DNA of 64,000 bases, from NCBI GenBank assembly GCA_012031785.1, contig JAAUTG010000001.1:1896-65895 (forward strand), read 5' to 3'. This DNA is from Saprospiraceae bacterium (lineage in GTDB: Bacteria > Bacteroidota > Bacteroidia > Chitinophagales > Saprospiraceae). The first letter of the stretch is position 1. The number at the start of each line of letters is the position of its first letter. Shown one piece after another: positions 18,018-27,896 of this stretch. The translations under genes and the position numbers were made by a program. The notes beneath the pieces are model-generated. The model saw only the letters and a program-made list of their open reading frames with translations, was not told the origin of the DNA and did no database searches.

Positions 18018-18184
18018 AAGTCACATTAGCGGTGCTACAAGCTCTTAAAGAACCAAAAACGATGCAGGAGCTTTTAGTTGCAGTTCCATTTGAAGAGTGG
18101 CAGATAAAAGCTGCTGTCCGATTACTTCAAGCAGAAGGGAGGGTTGTCCGAAATGGCATATACCTGGCGACAAGCCCAAGCTAA
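18014..18184 (+). CDS. hypothetical small protein (56 aa), possibly winged-helix
   Basis: Not in the ORF track. MKVTLAVLQALKEPKTMQELLVAVPFEEWQIKAAVRLLQAEGRVV. Confidence 0.35.
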   Translation: MKVTLAVLQALKEPKTMQELLVAVPFEEWQIKAAVRLLQAEGRVVRNGIYLATSPS

Positions 18185-18362
18185 AACGGACATTTCCGAC
18201 GAACAACTAGAACCTGTTGTCAGCACCCCGACTGGAAGTGTTGTCATAGCACAAAACTCAGTCGTTACGGTTATGGGAGAACATGACAATAAATATAAAA
18301 TCCTCACGCCAGGCGGAAATGTTGCATGGCTAGACATGGAGTTGTTATGGATACTGGAATGA
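18144..18362 (+). CDS. hypothetical protein (start uncertain)
   Basis: 72-codon ORF overlapping its neighbours. Confidence 0.35.
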   Translation: MSEMAYTWRQAQAKTDISDEQLEPVVSTPTGSVVIAQNSVVTVMGEHDNKYKILTPGGNVAWLDMELLWILE

Positions 18363-18544
18363 TTTATATGGTTATGATAACTGGCATTGACCAGAATCAG
18401 ATCAAAAGTTGGATTGAGCAAGCCCCAGAAGGGGCTACTGTTTCACTAGCAAACGCGCATGAAGTCCTTACGCCGATCTTGCAGCAAGCGCAATTAGCAC
18501 AAGACCTTACCCGCATCTTAAATAATCAAGAGGAAGAATTATAG
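18326..18544 (+). CDS. hypothetical protein (start uncertain)
   Basis: 72-codon ORF. Confidence 0.35.
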   Translation: MARHGVVMDTGMIYMVMITGIDQNQIKSWIEQAPEGATVSLANAHEVLTPILQQAQLAQDLTRILNNQEEEL

Positions 18545-18573
18545 GCTAAAAGCCAGAAGAAAGGGAAAACAGC

Positions 18574-19458
18574 ATGGAAGAAAGAACAACTGAAGATTTA
18601 TACAAAGAACTCCTTGATCTAGGAGTTCGTCCCAGCACTATTGACGGGGCGTTGGATAAAGCGAAAACTAACGCCCGCCGCAAATTCCACGAAGACACAA
18701 GCGCAAAAAAATCGCGGACGACCAAGCTATTTGACGCAGCCACCGAAGTCATTGTCTTGGCGATCCAAGCAATTTCGATTGCCATTATCGGGGTAATTGT
18801 GGTCATCGGAATACCAGCATCAATGATTTCAATCGTGATTGCGGAAGCCTTGGCTATTGTCAAGGGATTGCGCGTCCTTGATCCAGAATTGGCTATATGG
18901 CTTGCCATTGCGATTGTTATCTCATATGTTGTCATTCTTGTCGTGAAAGTAACTCATGATGATGACAAGGATGAGGTTATGAGCCAGTACTCACTCCGTA
19001 TTACGTGGAATTGGATGCTATATTTTGTTGGGGTCAAGAAAGATTGGCAGCCGATCCGCTTGACTCTAACACGCAAACAGCGCGTTGGGCGGGTTACGCG
19101 CCTATTTCAATCTGTGATCCTTATCTTGGGTATGTTAGGGCGGGTATATCACAAGCTGCAAGAAGAGGGGCTAGAAGATCATTCGTGGATAGACAATATT
19201 AGATATTTGGCGCAACAATCCAGCTTGTCTGAATTGTCCGCTTACATAGCGTCATTCATGATGATAGCCGCGTTCATCTTCGGTTTAGATTTTATGGTGC
19301 TGTTTGTCCACGCTTTTTATAAGAAGGTAGCTGTCCGCGATTTTTTATCGGACGGCGGAGATGTCTCCGACTATATGGCGGAGGCAGAGATGGAGGCACT
19401 CAAAAAGATGTTGCTCATCCGCAAGGCAAATCTGGGAAAGAGGTCATTGAACTCTTAA
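18574..19458 (+). CDS. multi-pass membrane protein
   Basis: Several long hydrophobic stretches (VIVLAIQAISIAIIGVIVVIGIPASMISIVIAEALAIV, LAIWLAIAIVISYVVILVV, IASFMMIAAFIFGLDFMVLFV). Confidence 0.55.
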   Translation: MEERTTEDLYKELLDLGVRPSTIDGALDKAKTNARRKFHEDTSAKKSRTTKLFDAATEVIVLAIQAISIAIIGVIVVIGIPASMISIVIAEALAIVKGLRVLDPELAIWLAIAIVISYVVILVVKVTHDDDKDEVMSQYSLRITWNWMLYFVGVKKDWQPIRLTLTRKQRVGRVTRLFQSVILILGMLGRVYHKLQEEGLEDHSWIDNIRYLAQQSSLSELSAYIASFMMIAAFIFGLDFMVLFVHAFYKKVAVRDFLSDGGDVSDYMAEAEMEALKKMLLIRKANLGKRSLNS

Positions 19459-19466
19459 CCCAGATA

Positions 19467-19715
19467 TTGGCAGCCATCAAGGAGCAGCCACCAGTGAGGA
19501 TTGAAGGAGTTTCCCTGGAAAAGAGAGATGAGAAGCAATCGAAGCCAAAAACCTCTAAGGTGATGATGAGAGTGGTTGAGTGGATCAAAGAAAACGATCC
19601 AGGGGCTACCAAGTCCCCGCCACAGGCAACGCTCCCTTATAGCCAAATAATTTCGGAAACAGGAGCATCAAAAGGCACTGTTCACAATGCGTGGACTTAT
19701 ATCAAAGGAGAGTAA
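19467..19715 (+). CDS. small HTH-like protein
   Basis: C-terminal YSQIISETGASKGTVHNAWTYIKG resembles an HTH. Confidence 0.4.
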   Translation: MAAIKEQPPVRIEGVSLEKRDEKQSKPKTSKVMMRVVEWIKENDPGATKSPPQATLPYSQIISETGASKGTVHNAWTYIKGE

Positions 19716-19718
19716 ACT

Positions 19719-20327
19719 ATGAACACAAAGGGACTTATGAAACTTGGAATACTGATCCAAGAGTACGGTATTCCAGTCGGAGTGCTGATCCAAGACCTTC
19801 AAATTACAGGAAAGAATGACATGGGATTGCGGATGTCAATCCGAATGTTCGATGGCATCGAACACGGGAAGGCGCGTATATACACGACGGCTGGCACACT
19901 GCAAAAAATCAACCTACAGGCGAAGTTTGAATATCGCGTTGAAAACAATGTGGTTAAACCGTATCGCCCAAAGGCAATGGACTTTCAGGCTTGGCGCGAC
20001 CCCATGTCGGGCAACAAGGAGTCGAATTTTGAACATCGCTATTATATCCGCAGCCCACAGCCGCCGCCTGTGTCACATCGGCGCACCGTGACTGGCTGGG
20101 GAACTGATGCCCATCCAGATGATGTATGGGACACAGCGATCAACATTGCTTCACGGTTCGTCCATATTGAATACCTGTCTGAAATGTATTCAAGTTTGGA
20201 CTTGCTATATAACGTCTTGTTCCAGATGCCATACGGTGGTGGAACAATCGCGCATCATATAATTGCTGAGATTTTGCACAATTGCGGCTATGTCACCATA
20301 CCCACAATGGCTAAATTTGCCGTATAA
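19719..20327 (+). CDS. hypothetical protein
   Basis: 202-codon ORF. Confidence 0.5.
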   Translation: MNTKGLMKLGILIQEYGIPVGVLIQDLQITGKNDMGLRMSIRMFDGIEHGKARIYTTAGTLQKINLQAKFEYRVENNVVKPYRPKAMDFQAWRDPMSGNKESNFEHRYYIRSPQPPPVSHRRTVTGWGTDAHPDDVWDTAINIASRFVHIEYLSEMYSSLDLLYNVLFQMPYGGGTIAHHIIAEILHNCGYVTIPTMAKFAV

Positions 20328-20356
20328 TAAAACAAAACGGTAAATATGGAGAGAAT

Positions 20357-20656
20357 ATGGCTGCAACGACAGTTGTTCTAACCCAGTCAGTGACTGAGTA
20401 TATGGAAAGTGGAGATTACATCAGCGTGTATGCGGCAATTGCTGCCGCCGCCCCTAGCTTTATGAGCGGATTTACCACCGTCATCATCAGTGGGGTAGAC
20501 GGCACGTATAGTGATGTCGTCAAGGTTTTTGACGATGGACTTAAAAAGTTGTTCATCACAAATGCTGCTGGCGATGAGCCTACTATCACGTGGGATGCCT
20601 CTGTATGTCGCATCCAAATTGGCGCAGGTCGCCTGGTGGATGCCACGCTGTTTTAA
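20357..20656 (+). CDS. hypothetical protein
   Basis: 99-codon ORF, last gene of the + strand block. Confidence 0.5.
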   Translation: MAATTVVLTQSVTEYMESGDYISVYAAIAAAAPSFMSGFTTVIISGVDGTYSDVVKVFDDGLKKLFITNAAGDEPTITWDASVCRIQIGAGRLVDATLF

Positions 20657-20675
20657 TTTTTCACAGTGAAATAAC

Positions 20676-20707
20676 AAAAGCCCCCGTGTAAGGGGGCTTT
20701 TTGTTTT
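20676..20707. terminator. bidirectional rho-independent terminator
   Basis: AAAAGCCCCC-gtgtaa-GGGGGCTTTT followed by TGTTTT. A/T runs on both sides. It lies exactly between the convergent + and - blocks. Confidence 0.8.
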
Positions 20708-20719
20708 CCAGCCAACTGG

Positions 20720-21223
20720 TTAAATCTGGGCTTTAAGCACAGCCCACGTGTCTGCAATTTCTTGTCGCAGGAAATCAATAGCGTCCTGCGAAATCTCTAC
20801 ACCCCGCACCTGCGCCTCTGCCTTGAACTTGTTGAGCGCAGCCGTTGAGAACTGTTTCAGGTCGTCTGAGTATTCATTAAAGGCTTCAGTCACGACCAAG
20901 CTCACGACGCGCTGGATGGCATCAGATTGCCGCTTCCCTACCGCATCGTTGAGCATATCAATCACCCACGCCCGAAGACTTAAAATCAGGAAGGTCGCAG
21001 AAATGCCCGTCATGGCATAAATGAGATTGAGGAACTCCCCTACAATTTCCAAAAACTTAACCTGATAGTCGCCCTCTGCTTCAACCACGACGGTGGTTTC
21101 GCCAGGAGCGGAAGAGGCAACTTCGGCAGTGTCTTCTGGGGTGACATCTTGCGCGGACGCAACCACAGGGAAAACGGCGATCAATACAATAAAAAATAAC
21201 AAAATCAGGCTTTTGAATTTCAT
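20720..21223 (-). CDS. secreted or membrane protein with signal-peptide-like N-terminus
   Basis: MKFKSLILLFFIVLIAVFPVVASAQD plus a second hydrophobic segment. Last gene of the late operon. A lysis role is possible but unsupported. Confidence 0.5.
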   Translation of the reverse strand: MKFKSLILLFFIVLIAVFPVVASAQDVTPEDTAEVASSAPGETTVVVEAEGDYQVKFLEIVGEFLNLIYAMTGISATFLILSLRAWVIDMLNDAVGKRQSDAIQRVVSLVVTEAFNEYSDDLKQFSTAALNKFKAEAQVRGVEISQDAIDFLRQEIADTWAVLKAQI

Positions 21224-21227
21224 GGAC

Positions 21228-21866
21228 TTACTCCTTTTCGATTTCTTTGCTAGTAGTTATATCTTCCCCAAGTTTACCACCTAACTTGGCGTATTCCAAG
21301 AGGATAGTTCTAACCTTATCTTCGATCAGCGTGTGTAGCCCATCACTATTATCTTTGATTGCGGCAATCATGCGATCCACTTGGGTTCGCAATGCGGTTT
21401 CGTTTGCCAACACTATGCGCTGCATAGCGTCTTCAATGTGTTGAGTTTCAGTTGCTTGGTTGGTGATAACTCTAGCAATAGCATCATTTGACGCTGCTTG
21501 AGTTTGTAGCACGTGTTCCACTCCCCGCGTCACATTTGTAAGACGCTCAATCATCGTCTGTATCACACCCAATGTTTCCGATTGGGTTAGTTGACTTGAT
21601 TTGAGGATTTCGGATATGCCCTGCGTTGAAGCCGCCAGCGTTTCAACGTTTTTAACACTAGTGTCCAGCGTGTCTTGTGACCTTGTATAAATCTTCATGG
21701 CGATCTTAGTCGCCCCACTGAAATGTACTACAATCGCCAGCGTGATTGCCAAGGAAATACTTGCAATTCCAGCCTCAATTAATGTATTTACCAGTGAATT
21801 TTCCACATCACACCACCCATCCATACAGTCCAGCATATTCTCCGCCCGAACCTGGCATATATTCAA
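21228..21866 (-). CDS. membrane-anchored coiled-coil-like protein (start uncertain, 21824-21866)
   Basis: N-terminal hydrophobic helix IEAGIASISLAITLAIVVHF, then a polar helical region. Confidence 0.45.
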   Translation of the reverse strand: MNICQVRAENMLDCMDGWCDVENSLVNTLIEAGIASISLAITLAIVVHFSGATKIAMKIYTRSQDTLDTSVKNVETLAASTQGISEILKSSQLTQSETLGVIQTMIERLTNVTRGVEHVLQTQAASNDAIARVITNQATETQHIEDAMQRIVLANETALRTQVDRMIAAIKDNSDGLHTLIEDKVRTILLEYAKLGGKLGEDITTSKEIEKE

Positions 21867-22176
21867 TCATAACACAGATATTGGATAGCCGTGTTTGTGG
21901 CTGGGACGTGTACTCTATTATAGCACTAATATCTGATAATCGCGTATCAATTGCCTCTGAGTATTCGACAATCACAAATGCGGATGAAATAACAACTCCA
22001 TCCGAAACCATTGTTACTTCATCAGCCGCTACAGATAGCTCAATAATCGCAAATATATCACGCAGATGCGAATATACTGGTCGCTTGTACTCAATAACAG
22101 TAACCGTGCTTGCTGAGCGCGTAACAATACCTAGCAAGTATTCGGCAACTGAAATAATGGCTGAAACAATAACCAT
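21808..22176 (-). CDS. repeat protein with recurring IEY/IEL motifs
   Basis: VIEY...AIIEL...VIVEY...AIIEY...VMIEY recur at about 19-aa spacing. TAATG coupling links it to the upstream gene. Confidence 0.45.
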   Translation of the reverse strand: MVIVSAIISVAEYLLGIVTRSASTVTVIEYKRPVYSHLRDIFAIIELSVAADEVTMVSDGVVISSAFVIVEYSEAIDTRLSDISAIIEYTSQPQTRLSNICVMIEYMPGSGGEYAGLYGWVV

Positions 22177-23222
22177 TAGGATTGCTCACTGGTTACACCG
22201 ACCTCAATCGCTTGGACATTGGCTTCTGTCCAGGCTGCTGAAGTGTTTGGATCAGTTGCCCATCTGGAAACAATAGCTTTCCATGCAGTTGAGATTGTCC
22301 CAAAAATCGGCGTAGGCTCACTGGTTGTTGCGCCACTTTTAATCGTCGGGTTAACGTCATTAACCCCTGCCCCAGTATTCATAGCGGAAACCTGGATTGA
22401 AACCGCGCTAATGGTTGCACCAGCAGGAATGTCCACTGGTGGAATAGTGAACAATGACTGATGATTATCAGTTGACGTTTGTAGGTACGAATTACCTGCA
22501 TCAGCCATTCCATTGGAATTCAGTAATTGTCCGACATTGCTTCCTGTGTCAACCCCGCCGCGTGTCCAGTCTTGGACAGAACCATTAGCCAATGGTCTGA
22601 CGATGATGAATTCGGGTTGACCAATCCACGTATTATCAACACTTCCAGACGTGTCGTTTACTAGGATGTTGTCGTATAACCCAAGTGCGCCAGTATTCCG
22701 ATCTCCTAGGCTAAACCCGTTAAATACTTGGCTACTTTGCACGGTATCGCCTGTAAAATCAATGGAAATAACGCCATTGATTTTCAAAACGAACCGACCA
22801 TTAGAATTAAGGGGTTTATTCCAAATCTCAATGCAATCCCATTGATTTGGGGTTAATGCGACTGATCCAATAGCAACGTACCCCGTTCCACGATAAATCA
22901 TTGGGTAGCCACTTGAATTCCATCGAACATTGAAGTCAGACCCACCAAACATAATATAATGTTGTCCTGTATCGTATAAATTACCGTTTCGATACATAAG
23001 ACTCATGTATATCTCTGATTTGTCGGGGAGCGTTTTGATTAACCAGTAATTACGACCTGCTATATAGCACTTATCTCCTGACCTTGGATTAATCCCGCTA
23101 ATGTATAACGAAGATGATGGATCGTAATATCCCGTCTGGTCGTACCCACTTCCAGTAGCTGGGTTATCCCAAATCTCCTGTAAATTTTTCTCTGCTGCTA
23201 GTGCTTGAAAAATTCGCGCCAT
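22176..23222 (-). CDS. tail fibre / receptor-binding-like protein
   Basis: ATG 23222 (MARIFQALAAEK) lies after an RBS. Called by its position after the fibre gene. The ORF-track 5' extension to 23372 overlaps the upstream gene. Confidence 0.4.
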   Translation of the reverse strand: MARIFQALAAEKNLQEIWDNPATGSGYDQTGYYDPSSSLYISGINPRSGDKCYIAGRNYWLIKTLPDKSEIYMSLMYRNGNLYDTGQHYIMFGGSDFNVRWNSSGYPMIYRGTGYVAIGSVALTPNQWDCIEIWNKPLNSNGRFVLKINGVISIDFTGDTVQSSQVFNGFSLGDRNTGALGLYDNILVNDTSGSVDNTWIGQPEFIIVRPLANGSVQDWTRGGVDTGSNVGQLLNSNGMADAGNSYLQTSTDNHQSLFTIPPVDIPAGATISAVSIQVSAMNTGAGVNDVNPTIKSGATTSEPTPIFGTISTAWKAIVSRWATDPNTSAAWTEANVQAIEVGVTSEQS

Positions 23223-23233
23223 TTTTTTATCCT

Positions 23234-24988
23234 TTATTGAACTACTTGTGAGCAGATTACATGCACGGTCATGTTTTGACCTGCGGCAGTATCTACCTCT
23301 GCCATAATGTATTCTGCATCTGAAAACGCGGAAACATCTATTGAAGTCGTTGAGCCAGTGTCGCCCGAACATGCAGGTCTATTGGCTTGATTGCTGAAGA
23401 TGGTTACACCATTCTTGTGGATGTCCACTACTGCGCCATTCGCGCCGTCGCCATAAACCATTACTTTGGTAATAGTTAAAGTCCGCCCCGTTTGATTATA
23501 AATGCGAATATTATTTCCGCCGACCTCAACTGTGCCTGGGAAATAAAATATAAAGGTTTGCATAATCGTCAATGGCGTTGGCGATCCCGTTGGGTTTTTC
23601 CATTCAGCACGGCTGTTAGCCGTGTCATAAGTTAATACCTGACCATCATCAGGTGTTTCATTCAGGACTGAAATGCCTTGGATTTTATTAGCATTCCACT
23701 GGGCAGTATCTTTACCAACCTGAGTAGCTGTTACCCCGTGAGGGTTTGCGCTACTGGTTAAGTGAGAGTCTATTTGGGCGTGAGTATTTGTCCCACGATT
23801 TTGCAAATCGTTATGATCTACGGATGACCCATCAACCGTGAGTGTGGCGGGTGTCCACTCACCCGACTGAAATGCCATTATTTGCCCCTCTGAGGGCGTA
23901 TCTGTGGCTATCGGGTTAGATTGTAGCTGTGCTGCGTTAAAAACCGCGTCAGAGGCAAAATCGGCGGTATCTACGCTGATTTCAGTTGAGGTTGTGCCTG
24001 TGAAATTGATCCCGTTTCCAGGGGTTAACAAGCTGGTCAGTAAGCTATGAAAGTTAATGAATTTAGGCAGACCAGCCTCATATGATAGTACCTGATTGGA
24101 TAATGGTGCATCAATCGTGATTGCCGCGCCATCCAAATAGGTAATCATTTCGCCGTTTGAACCTATAGGAATTGTGCCGCTCAGTATCTCCCAAGATGGC
24201 AATTGCCCTGTACCGTTTGAAACCAGCGCAGCCCCCTGAGTGACTGATGGGGGTAAGATATAAACTTTGCCTGTTGCATCATACATTAACAGACTACCTG
24301 CTGAACCCGATGCTAGTTTGGATAGCGATATTCCAGCCGTTTCCGATATATGTGTATTGGAAATAGCCCCAGCAGGGATAGTTGGCTCAGACGGAATACC
24401 GCCGCCTGAAATAAATGATATTGATTGAACGCTGCGCCAATGCGACCATCCAGATGATTTTCCAACAGGATTGACAGACCTGATCCTGAACCAGTAGGTT
24501 TCGGCTTCACCGCGTCCCTGTATTAAGTAATAGCTACCGTAGACGCTTACGGTTTGGGTGGAAAGTGTAGCCAAGTCGCTTCCTTCCCCCCACTCTATCG
24601 TGAATGAAAACGGTAAGCCAATCGCCGCTCCCCACGATAATCCAACAATTCCCCCTGAGAACATGACAGCCTTCACCCCAATCGGTGGGGCAATATTATC
24701 ACCAGATAGTATTGGGGGTTTATTGGCTGATCCATCTGGGGAATATGCTAGCATCAGGATTGGTAGGGATTGCCCGTCTATCTTGGCGAAAACAGCAAGG
24801 TCTTTAGGTTTCACAGTGAAACCAGCCTGGACTAAAACCGTCTTGAATGCGTTGCTGCCGATGGTTCTGACTTTTATGCTGTCCGCGCCGACGCTTTCCA
24901 CAACACCAACCTCAAGGAATACGCGCTGCTGCTCATTAGCGATCTTCCGTATCGCAGATATGGCTTGTTTTCCATCATTGGGCGGCAT
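23234..24988 (-). CDS. tail fibre protein with fibronectin type III-like segment
   Basis: LSWGAAIGLPFSFTIEWGEG...YWFRIRSVNPVGKSSGWS is FN3-like. Gly/Ser/Thr-rich fibre-like remainder. Confidence 0.5.
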   Translation of the reverse strand: MPPNDGKQAISAIRKIANEQQRVFLEVGVVESVGADSIKVRTIGSNAFKTVLVQAGFTVKPKDLAVFAKIDGQSLPILMLAYSPDGSANKPPILSGDNIAPPIGVKAVMFSGGIVGLSWGAAIGLPFSFTIEWGEGSDLATLSTQTVSVYGSYYLIQGRGEAETYWFRIRSVNPVGKSSGWSHWRSVQSISFISGGGIPSEPTIPAGAISNTHISETAGISLSKLASGSAGSLLMYDATGKVYILPPSVTQGAALVSNGTGQLPSWEILSGTIPIGSNGEMITYLDGAAITIDAPLSNQVLSYEAGLPKFINFHSLLTSLLTPGNGINFTGTTSTEISVDTADFASDAVFNAAQLQSNPIATDTPSEGQIMAFQSGEWTPATLTVDGSSVDHNDLQNRGTNTHAQIDSHLTSSANPHGVTATQVGKDTAQWNANKIQGISVLNETPDDGQVLTYDTANSRAEWKNPTGSPTPLTIMQTFIFYFPGTVEVGGNNIRIYNQTGRTLTITKVMVYGDGANGAVVDIHKNGVTIFSNQANRPACSGDTGSTTSIDVSAFSDAEYIMAEVDTAAGQNMTVHVICSQVVQ

Positions 24989-26189
24989 AAGTATATTTCC
25001 TTCCGTTGATGTTCATCATGATTGAATTGGCTGTGATTTCAACAGAAAAGGTTTCGACAAAGTATTTTCCTTCAGACGTTGCGAACAAATCCTCTGGCTC
25101 CAAAAACGGATTGAACGGAATCGTCATTGAAACGACCTCAGATTCCGCCCTGGTTACATGGAATATGTTCTCAGCCTCAATAGAGGCTTCATCTTCAGTA
25201 AACACATTCGGATTGTTGACCTCCATAAATCTTCGCCCGATTTTTCTAATATCATCTGAAACGAAGTCGGAGTAAGAATACGCCGACCAGACACGGACGT
25301 GTGTGACTAATTTTCTGAAATCTGTCGTTTTCTGAAAGTTGCTAATTTCGCTATGAGTGATAACCCATTCAGGATTTTGTTGCTGGGGACGCAACACCAT
25401 TAGCGTTCCGTCAGCGCGAACAAAATATTTAATATATCGCTCTCCGACGGCACGCATAACAGCCGACATTCCATTTTCACCAGGGTCTAACGTCAACCAC
25501 TCTACGGGGATATTGAAGACTGAATGGTATGGTTTGTTCCATCGGAATTCCGAATTTTCGCCCTCAACCTGCCATCCCATCTGATAACCAAGTGACATTG
25601 TTCCAATCCGTTGAGAATAAGCGGTTATCAGCCGCCCGTTCAACCAAACGCCGATTTGGAAAAACACATCATCTTGGTCTGCGGAGTATTGGTACTCACG
25701 ATAAAGCACCTGGGCATCTACCAACTGGCTGAAATCTACATACCGAATTGGAAATGACTGAAGCAAAGAGACAACGCCATTGATCTTTCGGTATATGTTG
25801 ATGCGCTTGGTATATCCAACCGCTTCAGTTCCGTCTATTTCAACCATAAACCAGTCCGTGTCGGCTTTCGCCTTAAAGACCAACCTAACCAGACCGTTCA
25901 TTTGAAATTCGATGACACTACCGTGCGGCATATAAATACCGCCAGGCGAATCAATAGATAACGCGCTATGCGTTACCCCATCCTCACCAACACCGTGAAG
26001 ACCATACTCATCCAGTGATATTCCACCAGACATATTCCACATGTCTTCATCTAACCAAGGGTTTTCTTCGCCCTTTCCAAACCTGACTGAGTGGATACCA
26101 GAATATGCAGCCATCGTTTGAAATACATCCCGAATTGTCAAGGGATGCTCAGACGCAGCTAGCAAGGATTGGGCAAAGTGAACTGGCAT
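24975..26189 (-). CDS. tail/baseplate structural protein
   Basis: 404-codon ORF. Called by position only. Confidence 0.4.
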   Translation of the reverse strand: MPVHFAQSLLAASEHPLTIRDVFQTMAAYSGIHSVRFGKGEENPWLDEDMWNMSGGISLDEYGLHGVGEDGVTHSALSIDSPGGIYMPHGSVIEFQMNGLVRLVFKAKADTDWFMVEIDGTEAVGYTKRINIYRKINGVVSLLQSFPIRYVDFSQLVDAQVLYREYQYSADQDDVFFQIGVWLNGRLITAYSQRIGTMSLGYQMGWQVEGENSEFRWNKPYHSVFNIPVEWLTLDPGENGMSAVMRAVGERYIKYFVRADGTLMVLRPQQQNPEWVITHSEISNFQKTTDFRKLVTHVRVWSAYSYSDFVSDDIRKIGRRFMEVNNPNVFTEDEASIEAENIFHVTRAESEVVSMTIPFNPFLEPEDLFATSEGKYFVETFSVEITANSIMMNINGRKYTYAAQ

Positions 26190-26190
26190 C

Positions 26191-26388
26191 TTATTCGATG
26201 ACCATAATTTCGCTGGTTTCGGTATTATACGGCGCGGGGTCTATGCGACAGAACCGCACACCTTCGTCGTTTTCGCATTCGACAAAATCAGTAGGCGAAA
26301 GATCACGGGCATATGTTTCGTCCCAAATCTCAATTACTAAATCTTGCGGAAGGGCTTTAAGCACATTCATCAGTTGTTCGACAGTCAT
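26191..26388 (-). CDS. hypothetical small protein
   Basis: 65-codon ORF coupled to its neighbours. Confidence 0.4.
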   Translation of the reverse strand: MTVEQLMNVLKALPQDLVIEIWDETYARDLSPTDFVECENDEGVRFCRIDPAPYNTETSEIMVIE

Positions 26389-27896
26389 GAGAGTCTCCTT
26401 ATTAGAGGTACAATTTTTACAACGTCTATCTTTCCAAACACTAGGTTGAAATCCCCTGTTTTGTCCATAAAGGATTTACCTGACGTGTTTGAAAATATTA
26501 TACCATCCTTACCAGCGATATAGATGTTCCTGTAATTACGAATGGAAAACATCCCCATCGTGTATATACCATCCAGATCAGTTTCGACAATGACGCTTCC
26601 ATTACCGCCCTTGGCTAAGGAAACCAAAAAGAATTTTGACTTAGTGGGCGATTGGTATTCTGGTTGAGGAACACCCACCATCAATAGTTTGGTGGCATCA
26701 GAGCCAAAATTTTCGATACCATTGTAACTGGCTGGCATCCAAATCTGATCGCCATCATAAATGTGATATCCAGCCATCCATTGTGGAAATTCTGCTGGGG
26801 CGTGTTCTTCGTAATAGCTCAACGTGCTGAAGTCATTCTCAAACCAGTAATATGAAGCAAGTATTTTGCCTTCTTTCCCAAGTAGGCTTAATGGCAGCAT
26901 GTCTGAAGCTGACGCAAATCCAACTAATCCATATAAACTATCTGGTGAGTTATTGGGCTGATTAGAGATTGTTTTGTTCCAAACGCGAACCGCGCCAATT
27001 GGCATCCATTCACCGTAGAGATTATTATACGCAGACTCATCACCGATGAGGTTCATAGCATCATCATACTCCTCCGACGTGCCATAGACACGCCCATTTG
27101 CTGCCGCCCGAATAATCCCGATACCATAATCATCAACATCCATCCCCATAGACGTGTTTGGGGCGTTTCCAAACAACTCTGTATGAGACACTGCTTCAAT
27201 ACGGTTAATATAGGTGGTCTTTGCACGCCCCCCTCCCCCTGGAAACATCAGGGTAAGCTGCATTGTACCCGCCCACGCGCCAGAAATTCTGTTTCCATCA
27301 ATATAGAAACTACCAGAAAGAAAATCAGCGAACCACTTGGGGAGATTATTTCCAACATGAACTCTAGGTATCCAGCAGGTTCCAGACGGTGATTTTGTGC
27401 CATCCGATGGAACACCAGAGCCGTTTGGATAGTTCGTGCAATTCACATACAGTGATATTCCACCAGTTCCACTGCCCGCCGTTGCACTTAGCGGGCGCGT
27501 CGTGTCGTTATATATATTCGCACCCCACTGAATATTCGTCCAAGTTAACCCCTTCCATCCCCACTGGTGCTTATTCCAATACACTTCGTCAAAAATCATT
27601 TTTTTGACATGGCACTGAGCTTTTGCGGTAATGGTGAATATGGTCGGGCTAGACTGATCGCCCATATCTGTTTGATTTGAAGCTCCACCTACTGATCTAG
27701 TTACGACCACGTATTCATTTTCAAATGTCGTTCCGTCGAAAGTCACATCAAACGACACCTCTTGCAACTCTTGCCCGCCACCATCTTGCTGGCAATAAAT
27801 AACGCATCCGCCCTCTTCACCATCCAGTGCGCGGATGATGTCGTAATCATCTACCCCCGTATCAAATAAAAAAGTCCCATGTTCTAGGTGTGGCAT
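26385..27896 (-). CDS. tail structural protein
   Basis: 503-codon ORF. Called by position only. Confidence 0.4.
   Translation of the reverse strand: MPHLEHGTFLFDTGVDDYDIIRALDGEEGGCVIYCQQDGGGQELQEVSFDVTFDGTTFENEYVVVTRSVGGASNQTDMGDQSSPTIFTITAKAQCHVKKMIFDEVYWNKHQWGWKGLTWTNIQWGANIYNDTTRPLSATAGSGTGGISLYVNCTNYPNGSGVPSDGTKSPSGTCWIPRVHVGNNLPKWFADFLSGSFYIDGNRISGAWAGTMQLTLMFPGGGGRAKTTYINRIEAVSHTELFGNAPNTSMGMDVDDYGIGIIRAAANGRVYGTSEEYDDAMNLIGDESAYNNLYGEWMPIGAVRVWNKTISNQPNNSPDSLYGLVGFASASDMLPLSLLGKEGKILASYYWFENDFSTLSYYEEHAPAEFPQWMAGYHIYDGDQIWMPASYNGIENFGSDATKLLMVGVPQPEYQSPTKSKFFLVSLAKGGNGSVIVETDLDGIYTMGMFSIRNYRNIYIAGKDGIIFSNTSGKSFMDKTGDFNLVFGKIDVVKIVPLIRRLS

Noticed and set aside
21746-22276. 176-codon + strand ORF opposite the IEY-repeat gene
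   Set aside because: It is antisense to two coupled - strand genes, has no RBS, and is a mirror image of the repeats.
23223-23372. 5' extension of ORF 22176..23372 overlapping the fibre gene
   Set aside because: The extension translates to Arg/Cys-rich junk. ATG 23222, with an RBS, lies just after the upstream stop.
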